Positions 29,152-42,300 of a DNA stretch of 64,000 bases are shown here, piece by piece. Position numbers and translations under genes: made by a program. The DNA is from Eledone cirrhosa (Eukaryota). The stretch's first letter is position 1; each line of letters starts with the position of its first letter. The notes beneath the pieces are model-generated. The model did no database searches, had not been told where the DNA came from, and saw nothing but the letters and a program-made list of their open reading frames with translations. Location of the stretch: positions 24,924,001 through 24,988,000 of the forward strand of contig OZ024756.1 of the NCBI GenBank assembly GCA_964016885.1. The letters run 5' to 3'.

Positions 29152-29434
29152 TATTAAGACTGATCCAGTGGTCTGATACTCTGGAATTTTTCCCTGTGAT
29201 CCTTAATACCAACCCCTTTACAGAGTGATACCATCTCTTTCAAAACAAAATCTAACAGATTAAAAAAACATATTTATACCTTATTATATTATTTTAATAA
29301 ATGTCAATGTCATTATTTAATTACTATAATAATAAACTAATGCAGTTGAGATAATTACCTAAGTAAGACATTTTTTGACAAGGTAAGCAATTCTTATCAT
29401 TACTCTCTGGAAACACACACCTCTGGCCATATAT

Positions 29435-29625
29435 AATTGTTTCTACTTTCAGCACAAGGTCAGCAATTACCCCAGTGCATTACTGGTGCATTATTTTATC
29501 GACCCCGTAAGGATGAAAGGCAAAGTTAACCTCAGCGGGATTAGAACTCAGAACATAAAGGGCCATAACTCTAGGCTGCAAAGCATGGTGTCTGACGTTC
29601 TACCGATTACAACCAATCCACGGCC
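29435..29625 (-). mobile_element. SINE family A
   Basis: Head, core and tail on the minus strand. Confidence 0.88.
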
Positions 29626-30849
29626 ATATACAATGCAGTGTATAGAAACCATAAAACCACTGTTAGTATTAAAGTATAGCTACCTGAATTGGCTAACTTG
29701 ATCAATAGATCGACTTTCATGTCAATGGACATGTCAACAACATTGATTTCATTTACACAAACCGAGAAAGGTTTCAACTAAATAAGTAAAATAATAAAGA
29801 AAAAACATGAAACAGGGAAAATGAAATAAATGAAGGGGGAAAAACGAACAAAGCAGAAAAAAAAGTCTATAATGTTTGGTTCTTGTTTTAAACAAAGCAG
29901 ACGACCAGTTGCAAAACTATGCTCCATTGTCGGTTGTCTGCTTGTAACCATAGTGACAAAGCCACGACGACCATCTTTACTGCAAAAATGAAGGCCATCA
30001 TCATTTTTGTTACAGTCGAAGTAAAATTATTTATTTTTCTCAAACAGCAGCTTATGTAAAAATGCAAACTATAGCGAATTAAAGCTTTTTGAAAACCCTT
30101 CATTGTCGAATATAACCAAATATCTCCAAAATGGCTTCATGATGCCACTTTACATGATATTATGTAAATTTGACAAAATGGTAAACACAAAAACATAAAA
30201 AAAAAATGAAATAAAATAACAACAAAAAACAACAACCAAACAAATGAAATAGGAGAGAGTGAAAGAAAGACATTAATAATGATCAAATAATGATTTTTTA
30301 AAAATATTTATGTATCCATGAAGCCTGAGAGTTATAAGTAGGAAATGAAACATGAATTTGTAACATCCGTTGCTTTTCTCAAGATGATATTAGTGAAGCA
30401 GCATTTATAGAATTAACGATATATTTTTACAATTACATGCATCTTGAGTTGGAAATGGAATCTATGCCTTTCAAGATCAGATTCGTTAAAAAAAAAATAT
30501 AAAAAACTGTAGGGAAAATTTCACCTCCATCACACCAAAACCTGAAATATGAGATGAGTGTGATTGTATGAATTTACTAAATTAATTTTATATTTCAATG
30601 GGGGAGCCTCAATATCAGAATTCAGCAACAGCTGGGTTATGAAGAGGTTCTCTGTTGGTTTCAGATCTTTGCAAAATTTTATAAGTCAAATATGATATAA
30701 CAAAATAATAATGATAATAGTTTTTGAATTAGGCACAAGGCCAACAATTTTGGGGTGGGGGAAAGTCAATTAAATCAACCCTATTAAATCAACCCTATTA
30801 AATCAACTCTATTTTATATATCTGTATAATTGAACGTTCAGTTACACAC

Positions 30850-31125
30850 ACGATAGATAAGAGAGGCCACGTGTTGTCCCTCTCTGACTAAAAACTTTCC
30901 ACCTTGGAAAACCCCCAGTTGATGGATCCGAAATCCGAAATATAGGGACAATTAAATCACTTCCAAGGTAACTCTATCTCGCGTTATTATTTTTACATTC
31001 TTTCCTACGTTCCACTACACCCTCTAGTTCTCATTCTAGATTCCCTCTTACATCTCTCTCATTACCACCTGATTCTGTTACTCGGAGATTTACCTATCTG
31101 CATTGTTGAGGCTTCCAAAACGACC

Positions 31126-31162
<37 letters not shown>

Positions 31163-31510
31163 TATTGAAGTTTGCTTGAAGCATTGTGGAATAATAGGTA
31201 AATATCTTTAAGCCGTTTGGAAGCCTCGACAATGCAAATGGGTAAATCTCCGGGTAACAAGATCCAGTGGTGGAGAGAGAGATGTAAGTGGGTGTACGTT
31301 GAGATGCGTGGTGTGTATAAGACGTGTAGAGGAATGAAGGAAAGAGTAAAAAGGATAAAATAAAAATAACAACACGAGAGAGAGTTACCTTGGGAGAGAT
31401 TTAATTGTCCCTATATATTTCGGATTCACATCCATCAACTGGGGTTTTTTTCCGGGGTGGGGGAAATGTTGTCTGTCGGAAAGGTGCGAAACGCGTCCTC
31501 CGCTGTTTGT
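30850..31510. mobile_element. Tail-to-tail pair of diverged copies of one element around a (TA)n (family G)
   Basis: 30890-31122 is the inverted homolog of 31216-31470, with blocks such as CCCCAGTTGATGGAT, GGGACAATTAAATC, CCAAGGTAACTCT, CGGAGATTTACC and GAGGCTTCCAAA. Confidence 0.8.
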
Positions 31511-31514
31511 TGTT

Positions 31515-31546
<32 letters not shown>

Positions 31547-31612
31547 CCAGCGAATTTTCAACCATCGAGGTTGTTTTCCATGGTTATGTCACTATTTATA
31601 AAACAAATTTTG

Positions 31613-31677
31613 TATTTTATCTGATGAAAGCACACCAAGATTGGCTTGGTCGCCCTTGAAATATATATAATAAAATA
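31613..31677 (+). ncRNA. Type I minimal hammerhead ribozyme (family H) within a (TA)n-flanked element at 31547-31812
   Basis: Stem I TATTTTAT/ATAAAATA; core CTGATGA; stem II AAG..ACCAAG/CTTGGT..CTT; GAAA; palindromic stem III TATATA; UA cleavage site after 31669. Confidence 0.8.
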
Positions 31678-31808
31678 ATTATGGTTTTATAAATATAGTT
31701 TCCATTTATTAATATATTGAATATTTACTCCAGTAAACTGTTGAGTGCTCTATATCAGTTATAAACTTTTAAGTTTGTTGGAATCCCAACAAATTAAATA
31801 TAACTTCT

Positions 31809-31884
<76 letters not shown>

Positions 31885-32221
31885 CATATATACATAAGGA
31901 CTAGTGTCAAAACGTTAAGACCCTCTTCCTGCTATTTCAAGTGTTAACCTAATATATCCATTCCATATACTGTACTGATTGTGTTGTTATTTCTGTTTAC
32001 CTTTTATATATATATTTTGAAAACAGCTGGTGATATGCATGTAAGTAAATATTCTCTTTATCTGATATTTTGTAACTAACCTTACATAGATCGATATCGA
32101 AGTATAGTTACGATGTACTATCATCACCTAGAAACGATCGTAAAGCAGTGAAGTATATTTCTAATGACTTGATATTTTTATTTCATTGTTTTAACTTATA
32201 TATATATATAAGTATATATAT

Positions 32222-32410
32222 AAAGCACCCAGCACTCAATGTAAATGAGGTTGGTGTTAGGAAGGGCATCCAGCTGTAGAAATCAAGCCAAATCAGTTCC
32301 TGTATGAGCAAGGCATGGTCAGCCGACCAGACACTGCCCACAACAGGACAACCCGTCTAACCCATGCTAGCGTGGAAGAACGGACGTAAAACGGTGATGA
32401 TGATGATGAT
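32222..32410 (+). mobile_element. SINE family B 3' portion (alternative tail)
   Basis: Matches 58480-58676. Confidence 0.85.
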
Positions 32411-33792
32411 TAAGATGATAAGAAAGAAAGAGGCGGAGATAGATAGATACCTAGAGAGAGAGAGTCACAGAGAGAGAGAGAGAGATGCAGTGAAACCTTC
32501 CAACTGAGAAAGATTACAGAGATAACAAATGGCAGCCAAATATTGCCAGGTTGCCAGACTCTTTGAGCAGTAGTTCTGATTTTACTGCTTCGAAGACCAT
32601 TCGTTTCTGTCATTTTATGTGCCTGATGTCAGTAAATCTGTATTTTTCTGCTTGACTTCTCACAATCACAATTGCTTTGATCTGCTGGTTTCACCAGAAC
32701 AGGAAACGGAAGTTGCATTGTTCATACTTTGTGTTCCTCGATGGCATTATTATTAACATAAATGAGTGTGATGGATTGACAGAACCGGCAGAACGTTGGA
32801 CAAAATGATTTGCAGCATTTAGTTACAACTTTCTACGTTCTGAGTTCAAATTCCACTGAGGTCAACTTTTTCTTTCATTCTTCCAGTGTCGATAAAATAA
32901 AATATCAGTCAAATACTGGAGTCGATATATTCGACATTCCCTTTCATCCAGATTGCTGGGAAATAAACTTAGATGGAAGGCTTAGCTTCCTTAAGGTTGT
33001 CATTAGCACTCACTCAGTGGCAGATAAACTGTTACCATTATAGGAAAGGAGGCAACATGTTTAAGAAAAGGAAGACTGACACATGCTGTGATGAAACTTA
33101 CTTTACATAAACAACACATCTCAAAACTTAGCTGAGCATCTGAAGAGCTGGAAGTGTGATACCTGAGGATATGTTAATCTGTAGAGCGTCGAACAAAATG
33201 CTTTACAGTATTTAGTTATGGCCCTTTACATTCTGAGTTAAAATCCTGCTGAGGTTAGCTTTACCAACCACCATCCAGCCAACCAACCAGTCAGCCAGCC
33301 AACCATCCAACCATTTACATTCTTTCTGTCACAATTTATGTCTAAACAGATGTTATAAATCAAATTTAGAGAAAAATATTTCCATGGCGAGTGTAAATAT
33401 TTTGGTTTATTACACAGCAACATCAACAGTGATGGTGGTGGTGGTGGTGATGATGGTCGCAGTGGTGGTTGTGATGATGGTGGTAGTGGTGATGGCTGCA
33501 GTGGTGGTTGTGATGATTGTGATGATGGTGATGATGGTGGTGGTGGTGGTGGCTGGGGAACAGATATAACAATGTCGACAAAAGACAGTGAACTCAGCAG
33601 AAGATGAAGAAAACAGTAAAAAATAAAGAAAGTAATGTCATACATCTATAAATATATTGAAATCCCTCTCACTTCCTTCTCCTCTCAGTCAATAGTGTGG
33701 GGGAATGTTTAAAGTATAAATTATAGAAACGTTGACAGCAAAGTTGAAGAGTCTGCGTGAGTTTGTGGGCTTTTATGCTATCATGGCAAGAA

Positions 33793-33875
33793 AGAAGAAG
33801 AAGAAGGAGAAGGAGAAGAAGAAGAAGAAGAAGAAGAAGAAGAAGAAGAAGAAGAAGAAGAAGAAGAAGAAGAAG
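33793..33875. repeat. (GAA)n microsatellite
   Basis: Direct reading. Confidence 0.97.
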
Positions 33876-34961
33876 ACGACACTATTCTATGAAAATATCT
33901 ATAAAAAAAATAATAATAAATAAAAAGAGGCTTGCTAGAGATAGAGTTAAATATTCGCACAAAATTAACTTCTATTTGATTGAAATAATCTGCTTTTTTT
34001 CTCTCTCTATGCAAAACAATCGGAAGTGGTGTTTGTGAAAAGCCATGAGGTGAAAGTTGACACTGAGCTACAAAAAGGTTAAGAACCATTGGATTAAATA
34101 AAGGCCACATTGAATAATGTCTTTCATTCTTGATATACAAACAAAAAGACATGACGGTCAGCTGCCTAAAACTGCCTTTCATCAAAGTTCTGGGTCCCAA
34201 GACTGCCATGGAAATGACAATAACCTGAGACCAACTCATGCAAGAAGATTTTATGTCTGTTTGATCAAGACTGATTTGTAGTTGAGACTGGAAGTTATTT
34301 AATACAGGGTTCTTAACTGGAGTTATCTATACCTGCTGAAGATATCAGGACAAAAGGCTGTTAAGTAGGGTGATGGTGAAAGGGTGTGGATGGGATTTGA
34401 ACTATAGTAAATAAATAGTAGTGTTTTCTTGTTTTTATCCATATGTAAAATCTAAATTCGCAATAGAGTATGACTTGGTAGTGTAACAAAAGAAATTTTT
34501 TCCCACAGCGATCAAAAGGACACTCAAGCATTTCATTTTGGATTAATAGAAAGAGGGATGCTATCAGTGTCGACTGACTGAAAAAAGCCCACATGGATTT
34601 GGAAGAACTCACCAAGTGAGTGACCTGCAACCTCGCATGGAAGACAATAGATAAATGTCGCTGATGGTAGGATGTATGGCACCAGTGGTATGAAGGAGAA
34701 CATTGTCTAGGGCCAGTTGTAATCTATCAGTAAAATAACGGTCATTATAAATAGGCTGTCATGTGGTCCTAACATCTCTTAGTCCACTGCTTTTTCACCT
34801 GTACAGCATAGCCTGTATATATATAAGGTTTACTGCTGACTACAACTTGTTACTTTTCTTTTTAGGGAACATCCCATGGTAAATAGAAAATTTGAGCACA
34901 ACACTGAAGCTTTACTGAACACTATATTCATTTGTAAACACTATAATCATATATTATATTT

Positions 34962-35146
34962 AGTGGATTGGCAGTATCAGTAGAGGGTCGGACGCCATAC
35001 TTTCCAGCATAGTTACGTCCTTTTACGATCTGAGTTCAAATCCCGCCGAGGTTGACTTTGCCTTTCATCCTTACGGGGTCGATAAAATAAAGTACCAGTA
35101 ATGCACTGGGTAATTGCTGGCCTTGTGCCTAAAGTAGAAACAATTA
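34962..35146 (+). mobile_element. SINE family A, near full length (tRNA-like head; central domain resembling Meta/Sauria-type SINE cores)
   Basis: A-box-like TGGCAGTATCAGTAG, B box GTTCAAATCC, core GCCTTTCATCCTTACGGGGTCGATAAAATAAAGTACCAG; domain assignment from recollection. Confidence 0.88.
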
Positions 35147-36589
35147 TATTTACTATTAGAAGTAATCATATTTTTTCCTTTTTGCTGAAGTGAAGTAAAG
35201 ATATATATATTCAACCAGAATTGTTGGTATTTGTCGTGTTCATCATTTCTTCCACAACAAATAATACTTCAGTTCAGTAGTATGTATCATTCTTAGGGTT
35301 TTAGAGGCTCATACAGTTGTGAGCAGCCATAGACACTCTCTTGACCCTCCCTCCCTCCTTTGATCCAGCAGAACATACAGGATGTCACAGCAGGGAGGAG
35401 ATGGCCTTGGGCAGGTACTCATACTTTCTTTATTGACTTCAAAAGGATGAAAAGCAAAGTGGACCTCTATGGGATTTGAACTCAAAATGTATGGAACTGT
35501 CAGAAATATTTAATGCTCCAACAACTCTACTAAATTGACTATCAAGGTATGTATAGTCAGGGCTGGAGTTTCCATTAAGGTCAACTCGGCAGGCAGTTGT
35601 CTACAGCACAAACATCAGAGAGGTGCATTACTGAACTATAAAGGATCACAGATTTATACAAATGTGCATAATTAAATAAAATATATAATAATTTCCTGTA
35701 ATCAGTATATAAATTGCTGAACATCTTTTCAGTGCAGAAGCATTGTGGAAATATCCAAAGAGGGTTGAGAAGGTTGTGTGGTGTTGCAACCTGTTACATG
35801 ATTTGGCCTGGGTGAATGTAGACTGTGAAATGGAAAATGCAGGGTTTGTAATTTTTTTAGTACGGTCATGTATGCATCCATTTGTGTATGTATGCATATA
35901 TGTATGTATAGCACATGGCTTAGTGGTTAAGATCTTTAGTTCACAATTGTAAGGTCATGAGTTCGATTCCTGCTCAAGGACACAAAGTGCCCTCAGGAAT
36001 CAAACTCATGACGGCACATTGTGTCCTTGAGCAAGACACTTTATTTCCTGCTGCTTCAGTTTGCTCAGGTGGCAAAAATGAGTTGTGCCCGTAATTCAAA
36101 TGGCCAGCCTTGGCACACACTATTTCATGCTTAATCTCCCTGAGAACTACGTTAAGGTTGCACAAGTCAGTTGAAATATAATATAAGAGTACATCATTCC
36201 AATGAGACTATGCAACGTTTGCTCAAATGTGTTCATTTTTACTCTAGACTGAAAAACTAAAAGTATTTTATATCCTTAAGCACTGCAGAAAAATTTTGTT
36301 GATTGGAAAATAATTAATTTAGAGTAATTATGTAAATTAGTACAGCATTTTGAGAGAAAAAAAAGCATGTTTTTTTAGAAAAAAAATGTTAACGTAAAAT
36401 TTAATTTTAGTTGAAGTTTGTTTTAAAATATTTATTTATTCGTCATTTTGATTATGAAATTTATTTTTTGTTACAGGCTGCAGATTAGCAGAATGGTTAG
36501 AGTGCTGGATACCAAGATATTTGGTACTACTGGCAGAGCACTGAGTTCAAATCCAACTTTGTAGTTAATATATATATGTATGTATGGCC

Positions 36590-36840
36590 TCATAACTCCT
36601 GATAGAGTCATATTGACATACGGAGCCCATCCCTCTCCAGGCCTGAGTACAACAGGTTTCTTCCAGAGAGAGAAAAAAATCGGCCCCAGTACTGGACTGC
36701 TACTTTTTTTTATCGACCTCGAAAGGATGAAAAGCAAAAGTGACCTCAGCAGGATTTGAACTCAGGGAACACAGAGCCAGAACAAATACCATGAAGCATT
36801 TTATTTGACATTCTCACGACTCTGCCAATTCGCCACCTAA
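36590..36840 (-). mobile_element. SINE family A variant with longer 3' part; inverted relative to 38690-38990
   Basis: Shared core plus TCTCTCTGGAAGAAA..TGTACTCAGG..TGGAGAGG. Confidence 0.75.
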
Positions 36841-37298
36841 TATATACACACACACACACACATATATATAAAGGAAGTTTGTTTGTACGTTGACCACTAA
36901 TAACACTAAATAAAATTGATAATAATTACAGTTTTTCATGTGTTTTCAACTAATCTGACCTCCAACAAACTACCTGCTGGCTTATTTTCCGAAAATGGAA
37001 TGGCGGGGGGGGGGGGTTTAGTTTGTGGAGAATTTACTGCTATTTCTAGCAGCCAGGTACTGTCTGTTCATCCCTCATGCTGTCTATATAAAGTGAAACT
37101 CTACTTCAGATCTCACTCACTCTACCTCCCCCTCTCTCTCTCTCTTTCCAGACCTCACTCAATCCACTTCCCTCTCTCTCTAACTTTTCCAGTTTCTTTC
37201 GTTTGTTGTCAACCGGTCTGTCATCTGACTCACTCTCTTTCTTCCCCCATCTATATGTGTATATGTATCTCTCACTCTTTCACTCTCTATATATAGAC

Positions 37299-37335
<37 letters not shown>

Positions 37336-37344
37336 AAGTGAGAA

Positions 37345-37667
37345 AGAGAGAGTGGACTGTTTCAGCTTCGCATCTGAAAAGGGAGTGTTAGCCCCGAAAT
37401 ATTATGCTAAAATACACTGGGTAAAACATTACTTTGTTTTGTTTTCTTTCACTTGTCATCATTTGCCCTTTGTATATATATATATATATATAGTAAAAGC
37501 CGATGAATTTTTAAAAGCTGGTACAAGCGGTAGTAAATACAAAGGGCAAATGATGACAAGTGAAAGAAAACAAAACAAAGTAATGTTTTACTCAGTGTAT
37601 TTTAGCATAATATTTCGGGGCTAACACTCTCTTTTCAGATGCGAAGCTGAAACAGTCCACTCTCTCT
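37345..37667. mobile_element. Near-perfect 131-bp inverted repeat around (TA)n plus a 44-bp spacer (family F)
   Basis: Arms 37345-37475 and 37537-37667; two mismatches seen. Confidence 0.9.
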
Positions 37668-38689
37668 ATACATAGATACATATATATTAAATACATATCT
37701 TATATCTAGTATAGTTGTTTAATTTATAGTTGGCTTTGTTTTTCTGTGTGTATTATTTACAAACCGAGACATTCCATGATCGTATTTCGTGGATAGCTTT
37801 GGGTTTGTTCTAGATGTATCTATGTTAAGATTTGACTATTTGACGATGTGTGTGTTTGTGTAAACAGAAACACACACATACATACAGTTACCAAAATACG
37901 CCCTACACACACATATACAAATATGCCTGCCATGCATGTACAGATACACACTTACACACACATATATACACTCCAGCAAGAGCTGTAATGAAGACAAGAC
38001 AGCAATCACATTATGTCCACATTAACCTGTCAAAACCACCTTCAAGAGAAACCACAGTAAAACCGTCTCGTGTGATGTTATAATACGAAGTCATACAATT
38101 GACCTAAAAAATGTCACTACATTTAGCAGACGACAGTCAGCTAGATCGAATGGTTGATCAGTTTGTCGATGTCATCTATCTGTTTCAAGTGATTGGAAGA
38201 GGGTACTCGTGATGGTAGTAGTGGCAGTTGGTGGTGGTGGTTGTGGTGGTTGTGGTTGTGCTATGGTGATGGTGGTGGTGGTGGTGGTTGTGGTCGTGCT
38301 ATGGTGGTGGTTGTGGTCGTGCTATGGTGATAGTTGTGGTGGCAGTTGTCGTGGTGATGGTTGTGGTGGCGATGGTTGTGGTGGTGATAATGGTGATGGT
38401 TGTGGTGGTGATAATGGTGATGGTGGTGGTTGTGGTAGCGGTGGTGGTGTTGTGATGATAGTTGTACTAGTAGTGGTGGTGGTAGTTGTGGTGTTAGTGT
38501 AGTAGTAATAAAGTAATGGTGAAATTAATGTGCAAATATTATACACTGTGTCTTCACCTTGGTTGTTATAGTCATATTTTCTTGTACTACCCTCTGGCCA
38601 TCTTCAGAGGCATTATTATTATTATACACAGATAGTAGTGGTGGTGGGGAGGTTATTGTCGTGACATTAACATGCATATATTCAGTTGT

Positions 38690-38990
38690 AAGGTGGCGAA
38701 TTGGCAGAGTCATTAGAACGTCAGATAGAATGCTTTATGGTATTCATTCATGCTCTCTGCTCCCCGAGTTCAAATCCCACCAAGGTCAACTTTGCCTTTC
38801 ATCCTTTCGAGGTCAATAAAAAAGTACCAGTCTAGTACTGGGGTTGATTCTTCCTCTCTCTGGAAGAAATCTGCTGTACTCAGGTCTGGAGAGGTATGGG
38901 CTCTACCAGTCTTAACATGCCCAAGAAATGCCATATGTCAATACAGCACCCTTATGACTTAATCGGGAGTTATGGGACCATACCATACCA
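38690..38990 (+). mobile_element. SINE family A variant
   Basis: GGTGGCGAATTGGCAGAGTC head, GTTCAAATCC, core. Confidence 0.78.
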
Positions 38991-39275
38991 TACGATATTC
39001 AGTTGTAATATTTGTGTAAGTTTATGGGGTTGAGTATTCCACAGGTATATATACCCTTAATGCAATTCCTAAACTGAATCACTGTAACACAATGTGATAA
39101 GATTGGACCTTTCAATTACATATACAACCCAACCGACACACTTCTATAATTTACATAAGTGGCTGAGCATTCCGTAGACACATGAAGTTTTAACGTATTT
39201 CTCAGGGAGATCAGCATGTCAGTGTGTGACAAGGGTATCCCATTTAATTACAAGTACAGTCCATCTTGTACTACA

Positions 39276-39955
39276 GTGTGATGTGATGTAGCATGATGTG
39301 GTGTAGTGTGATGTGGTGTGGTGTAGTATGGTGTGGTGTGGTGTAGTATGGTGTGGAGTGGTGTGGTGTGATGTGGTGTGGTGTAGTATGGTGTGGAGTG
39401 GTAGGATGTGGTGTGGTGTGGAGTGGTGTAGTGTGGTGGGATGTCAAGTGGTTGGTGTGGAGTGGTGTTGTTTGGTGTAGTGTGGTGCGGTGTAGTGTCG
39501 TGTGGTGTGGTAGAGTGTGGAGTGGTGTAGTGTAGTATGGTGTAGTGTAGTGTGATGTAGTGTGGTGTGGTGTAGTGTGGTGTGGTGTAGTGTGGTGTAG
39601 TGTAGTGTGGTGTAGTGTGGTGTAGTGTAGTGTGGTGCAGTGTGGTGTAGTGTGGTGCGGTGTAGTATGGTGTGGAGTGGGAGTAGTGTGGTGTGGTGTA
39701 GTGTAGTATGGTATGGAGTGGTGAATTGTGGTGTGGGGTGGTGTGGTGTGGTGGGGTTTAGTGTGGTGTAGTGTGGTGTGGAGTGGTAGGATGTGGTGTG
39801 GAGTGGTGTAGCGTGGTGTGGAGTGGTGTAGTGTGGTGGGGTGTCAAGTGGTAGGATGGGAGTGGAGTGGTGTAGTGTGATGTGGTGTGGCATGGTGTAA
39901 TGTGATGTGGTGTAATGAAGTGTGGTGTAGTGTAGCATGGTATAGTTTAGTGTGG
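39276..39955. repeat. Degenerate pentanucleotide (GTGTG/GTGTA/GTGGA)n array
   Basis: Direct reading. Confidence 0.95.
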
Positions 39956-40444
39956 TTATATAAAGAACATTTGGTTGCTATATTTCCACCATTCTTAATT
40001 GAAGAGAAAAAGAGAGGAGAGGGAAATTCAGTCCCACCTCACCCTTGGGCATGAGGGAATTTCAAGATTCCAGTGGTGGGTGGTGAAATATGTGAGTATC
40101 CTAATGGGAATATTCTTTTTAGGTTGAAAAAGTCTTTATTCAGTCACACTGTTTTTACTCAATATAATAATATTTTCCTTGATGTTGATTTTAATACTTT
40201 TGTTGTCATTTTCCTCATGAAATACACTATATTAATTAATGAAAAATTTGGAGGGATTTACTAATATTATTAATTATTTCATTATTAAGATGTTTTTTGT
40301 AACATAACTTAAAAGATTTTAATTTAAACAAGAATCTTTTAAAACAGGTGGTTTTGGCTGGGTTGGTATCAAAAGAGTTAAAGATATTATGGTTTAGGAG
40401 GTGAAGTTGTCAGATTGTTTCACAGTTTTAATTCTGGCAGTGAT

Positions 40445-40762
40445 TATCATTAGAAATGTGGTAACAAAATGGTTAATAACATAGACAGTATCTTACAAAT
40501 ATGGTAATGAAAGGATTAAAAAAACATAGGTAGTATTTATCATTGGAAATGTGGTAACAAAAGGGTTAAAGACATAGACAGTGATTTTTATTTGAAATAT
40601 GGTAATGAAAGGGTTAAAGTTATAGACAGGGTCTTTCATTGGAAATATGGTAATGAAAGGGTTAAAGACATAGGTAGTGTCTTTCATTAGAAATATGGTA
40701 ATGAAATGGTTAAAGACATAGGCAGTGTCTTTCATTAGAAATATGGTAATGAAAGGGTTAAA
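40445..40762. repeat. 48-bp minisatellite, ~7 units
   Basis: GAAATATGGTAATGAAAGGGTTAAAGACATAG at 40594, 40642, 40690 and 40738. Confidence 0.9.
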
Positions 40763-41094
40763 TTGTTTTAAGATAATGATAATTCCTTGTCTAAGAAATT
40801 CAGACAAATGCTGTTAATTGTATGCAACACATTGTGTTGTATACAAGACATTTTTCTTCTTATCAAATGTGAGGGTGGGAAGGGGAAATCAAGATGGGGT
40901 ACTGATAAAGAGAGGAATTGCAGACAATAAGGTTAAGAAAGACTGGCTGAATTTCATGTAGGTCAAACAGCTCTCTTTGATTTGTATTGTTGTTAATTAA
41001 ACCCAGGTCAAACCTGATCAAAACACCTATAAGTAAAGGGAATCCAGTCATGACCATCCCATCAGTTAAGGAGTATCTAATGACAATAAAGAAC

Positions 41095-41490
41095 ACCGAG
41101 TCACCCTGTAAAGTGGTTGTGCTGATGACACAACAAAAAGTGCCCAGTTCACCTTGTAAGGTGGTCGTGCTAGTGACATGACAAAAAGCACCCAGTCTAT
41201 GCTCTAACATGATTGTGCTGGTAACATGACAAAAAAAAGCATTCAATTGACCCTGTAGATAGTCATGTTGGTACCATGATGAAAGAGCATCAAGTCAGCC
41301 CTGTGCCACAGTAAAAAGCACTTAATCCACACTGTAATGTGATTGGCATTAGGAAGAGCATCCAGCCATAGAAACCAAACCAGACACAGTTTTGAATTAG
41401 CATGACCTGATTTGTCCTGATTTGTCTAATAACATGACAACCCATCTGACCCATGCAAGCATGGAAAATAAACATTAAATGATGATGATA
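41095..41490 (+). mobile_element. Old SINE B 3' portion with ~5 degenerate internal units
   Basis: Recurrent CCCAG.TCACC.TGTAAAGTGG..GTGCT..TGACA then ATTAGGAAGAGCATCCAG and tail. Confidence 0.75.
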
Positions 41491-41789
41491 ACTCCAACAA
41501 TTTACTGCCTAAATGATGAAAATGAATATTCCAAATCAATATCATATTGTCAATATCAACAATCTATACCACTGCTACCCCAGTGATACAAATCCAGACA
41601 GTGTGGGAGAATGCTCTTTGATGTGCAGAAACCCTGGAGTATGCTGCTTCATGGTCCCAGCAGACAGAATGGAGAAAGTTTAACCTCAGAGGGTAGTGAG
41701 GAAGACATGTTGAAATAACCATTCCAACTCATGGAACTCATTATTGTAGGTAGTCAACTCTACCCCAAATGCAGTGGGTAGGAATCAGT

Positions 41790-42300
41790 TGAAGGTTCTA
41801 GAACACCAGATGTCTCCACCACTACAAGGTCAACGACAAACCTATTGAAAAACAGCTGATAGATCAACAGCTTATGAGTAGAAAGGCAGTTTGGGAACCC
41901 AGAACACCAGAGGATTCCACCACTAAAGGTACAAGGACCCAATAACCAGACGACTCCATCACAGGGACCCAGAACACTAGAGGATTCTACCACTAAAGGT
42001 ACAGAGATCCAGAACACCAGAGGATTCCACCATAATATGTTCAGGGACCCAGTACACCAAAAGTATCCACTACTTTAGGTTTGGGGACCCAAAACAGCAG
42101 AAGTCTCCACTACTATAGATACAGGGACCCAGAACACCAGAAGTCCCCGATTATAGTTTTGGGGACAGGTACACCAGAGGGCTCCACCACTATAGGTTTA
42201 CAGACCCAGTATAGCAGAAGTCTCCACTACTAAAGGTACAGGGACCCAGTTCATCAGATGTCTCCACCACCATATGTTTGGAGACTCAGGACACCAGATG
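41790..42300. repeat. ~40-bp minisatellite, ~12 degenerate units
   Basis: GGGACCCAGAACACCAGAGGATTCCACCACTAAAGGTACA. Confidence 0.88.

Noticed and set aside
31487-31500. GAAACGCGTC hammerhead 3' half (similar string at 47523)
   Set aside because: No upstream core or stems, and not conserved in the paired copy.
32497-32613. ORF MTETNGL..PFVISVIFLSWK near a CGGAAGT motif, as the first exon of another gene
   Set aside because: Weak donor, no recognisable homology and no supporting exons.
33238-33645. Pro/Ser-rich ORF (also 38322-38546) as the NCKIPSD proline-rich region
   Set aside because: Derived from (GGT/GAT)n repeats, with no splice support.
34613-34723. Minus-strand segment with a perfect gtgagt donor
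   Set aside because: No similarity to the expected peptide, and the phase-2 reading would create TGA when joined to the 10775 exon.
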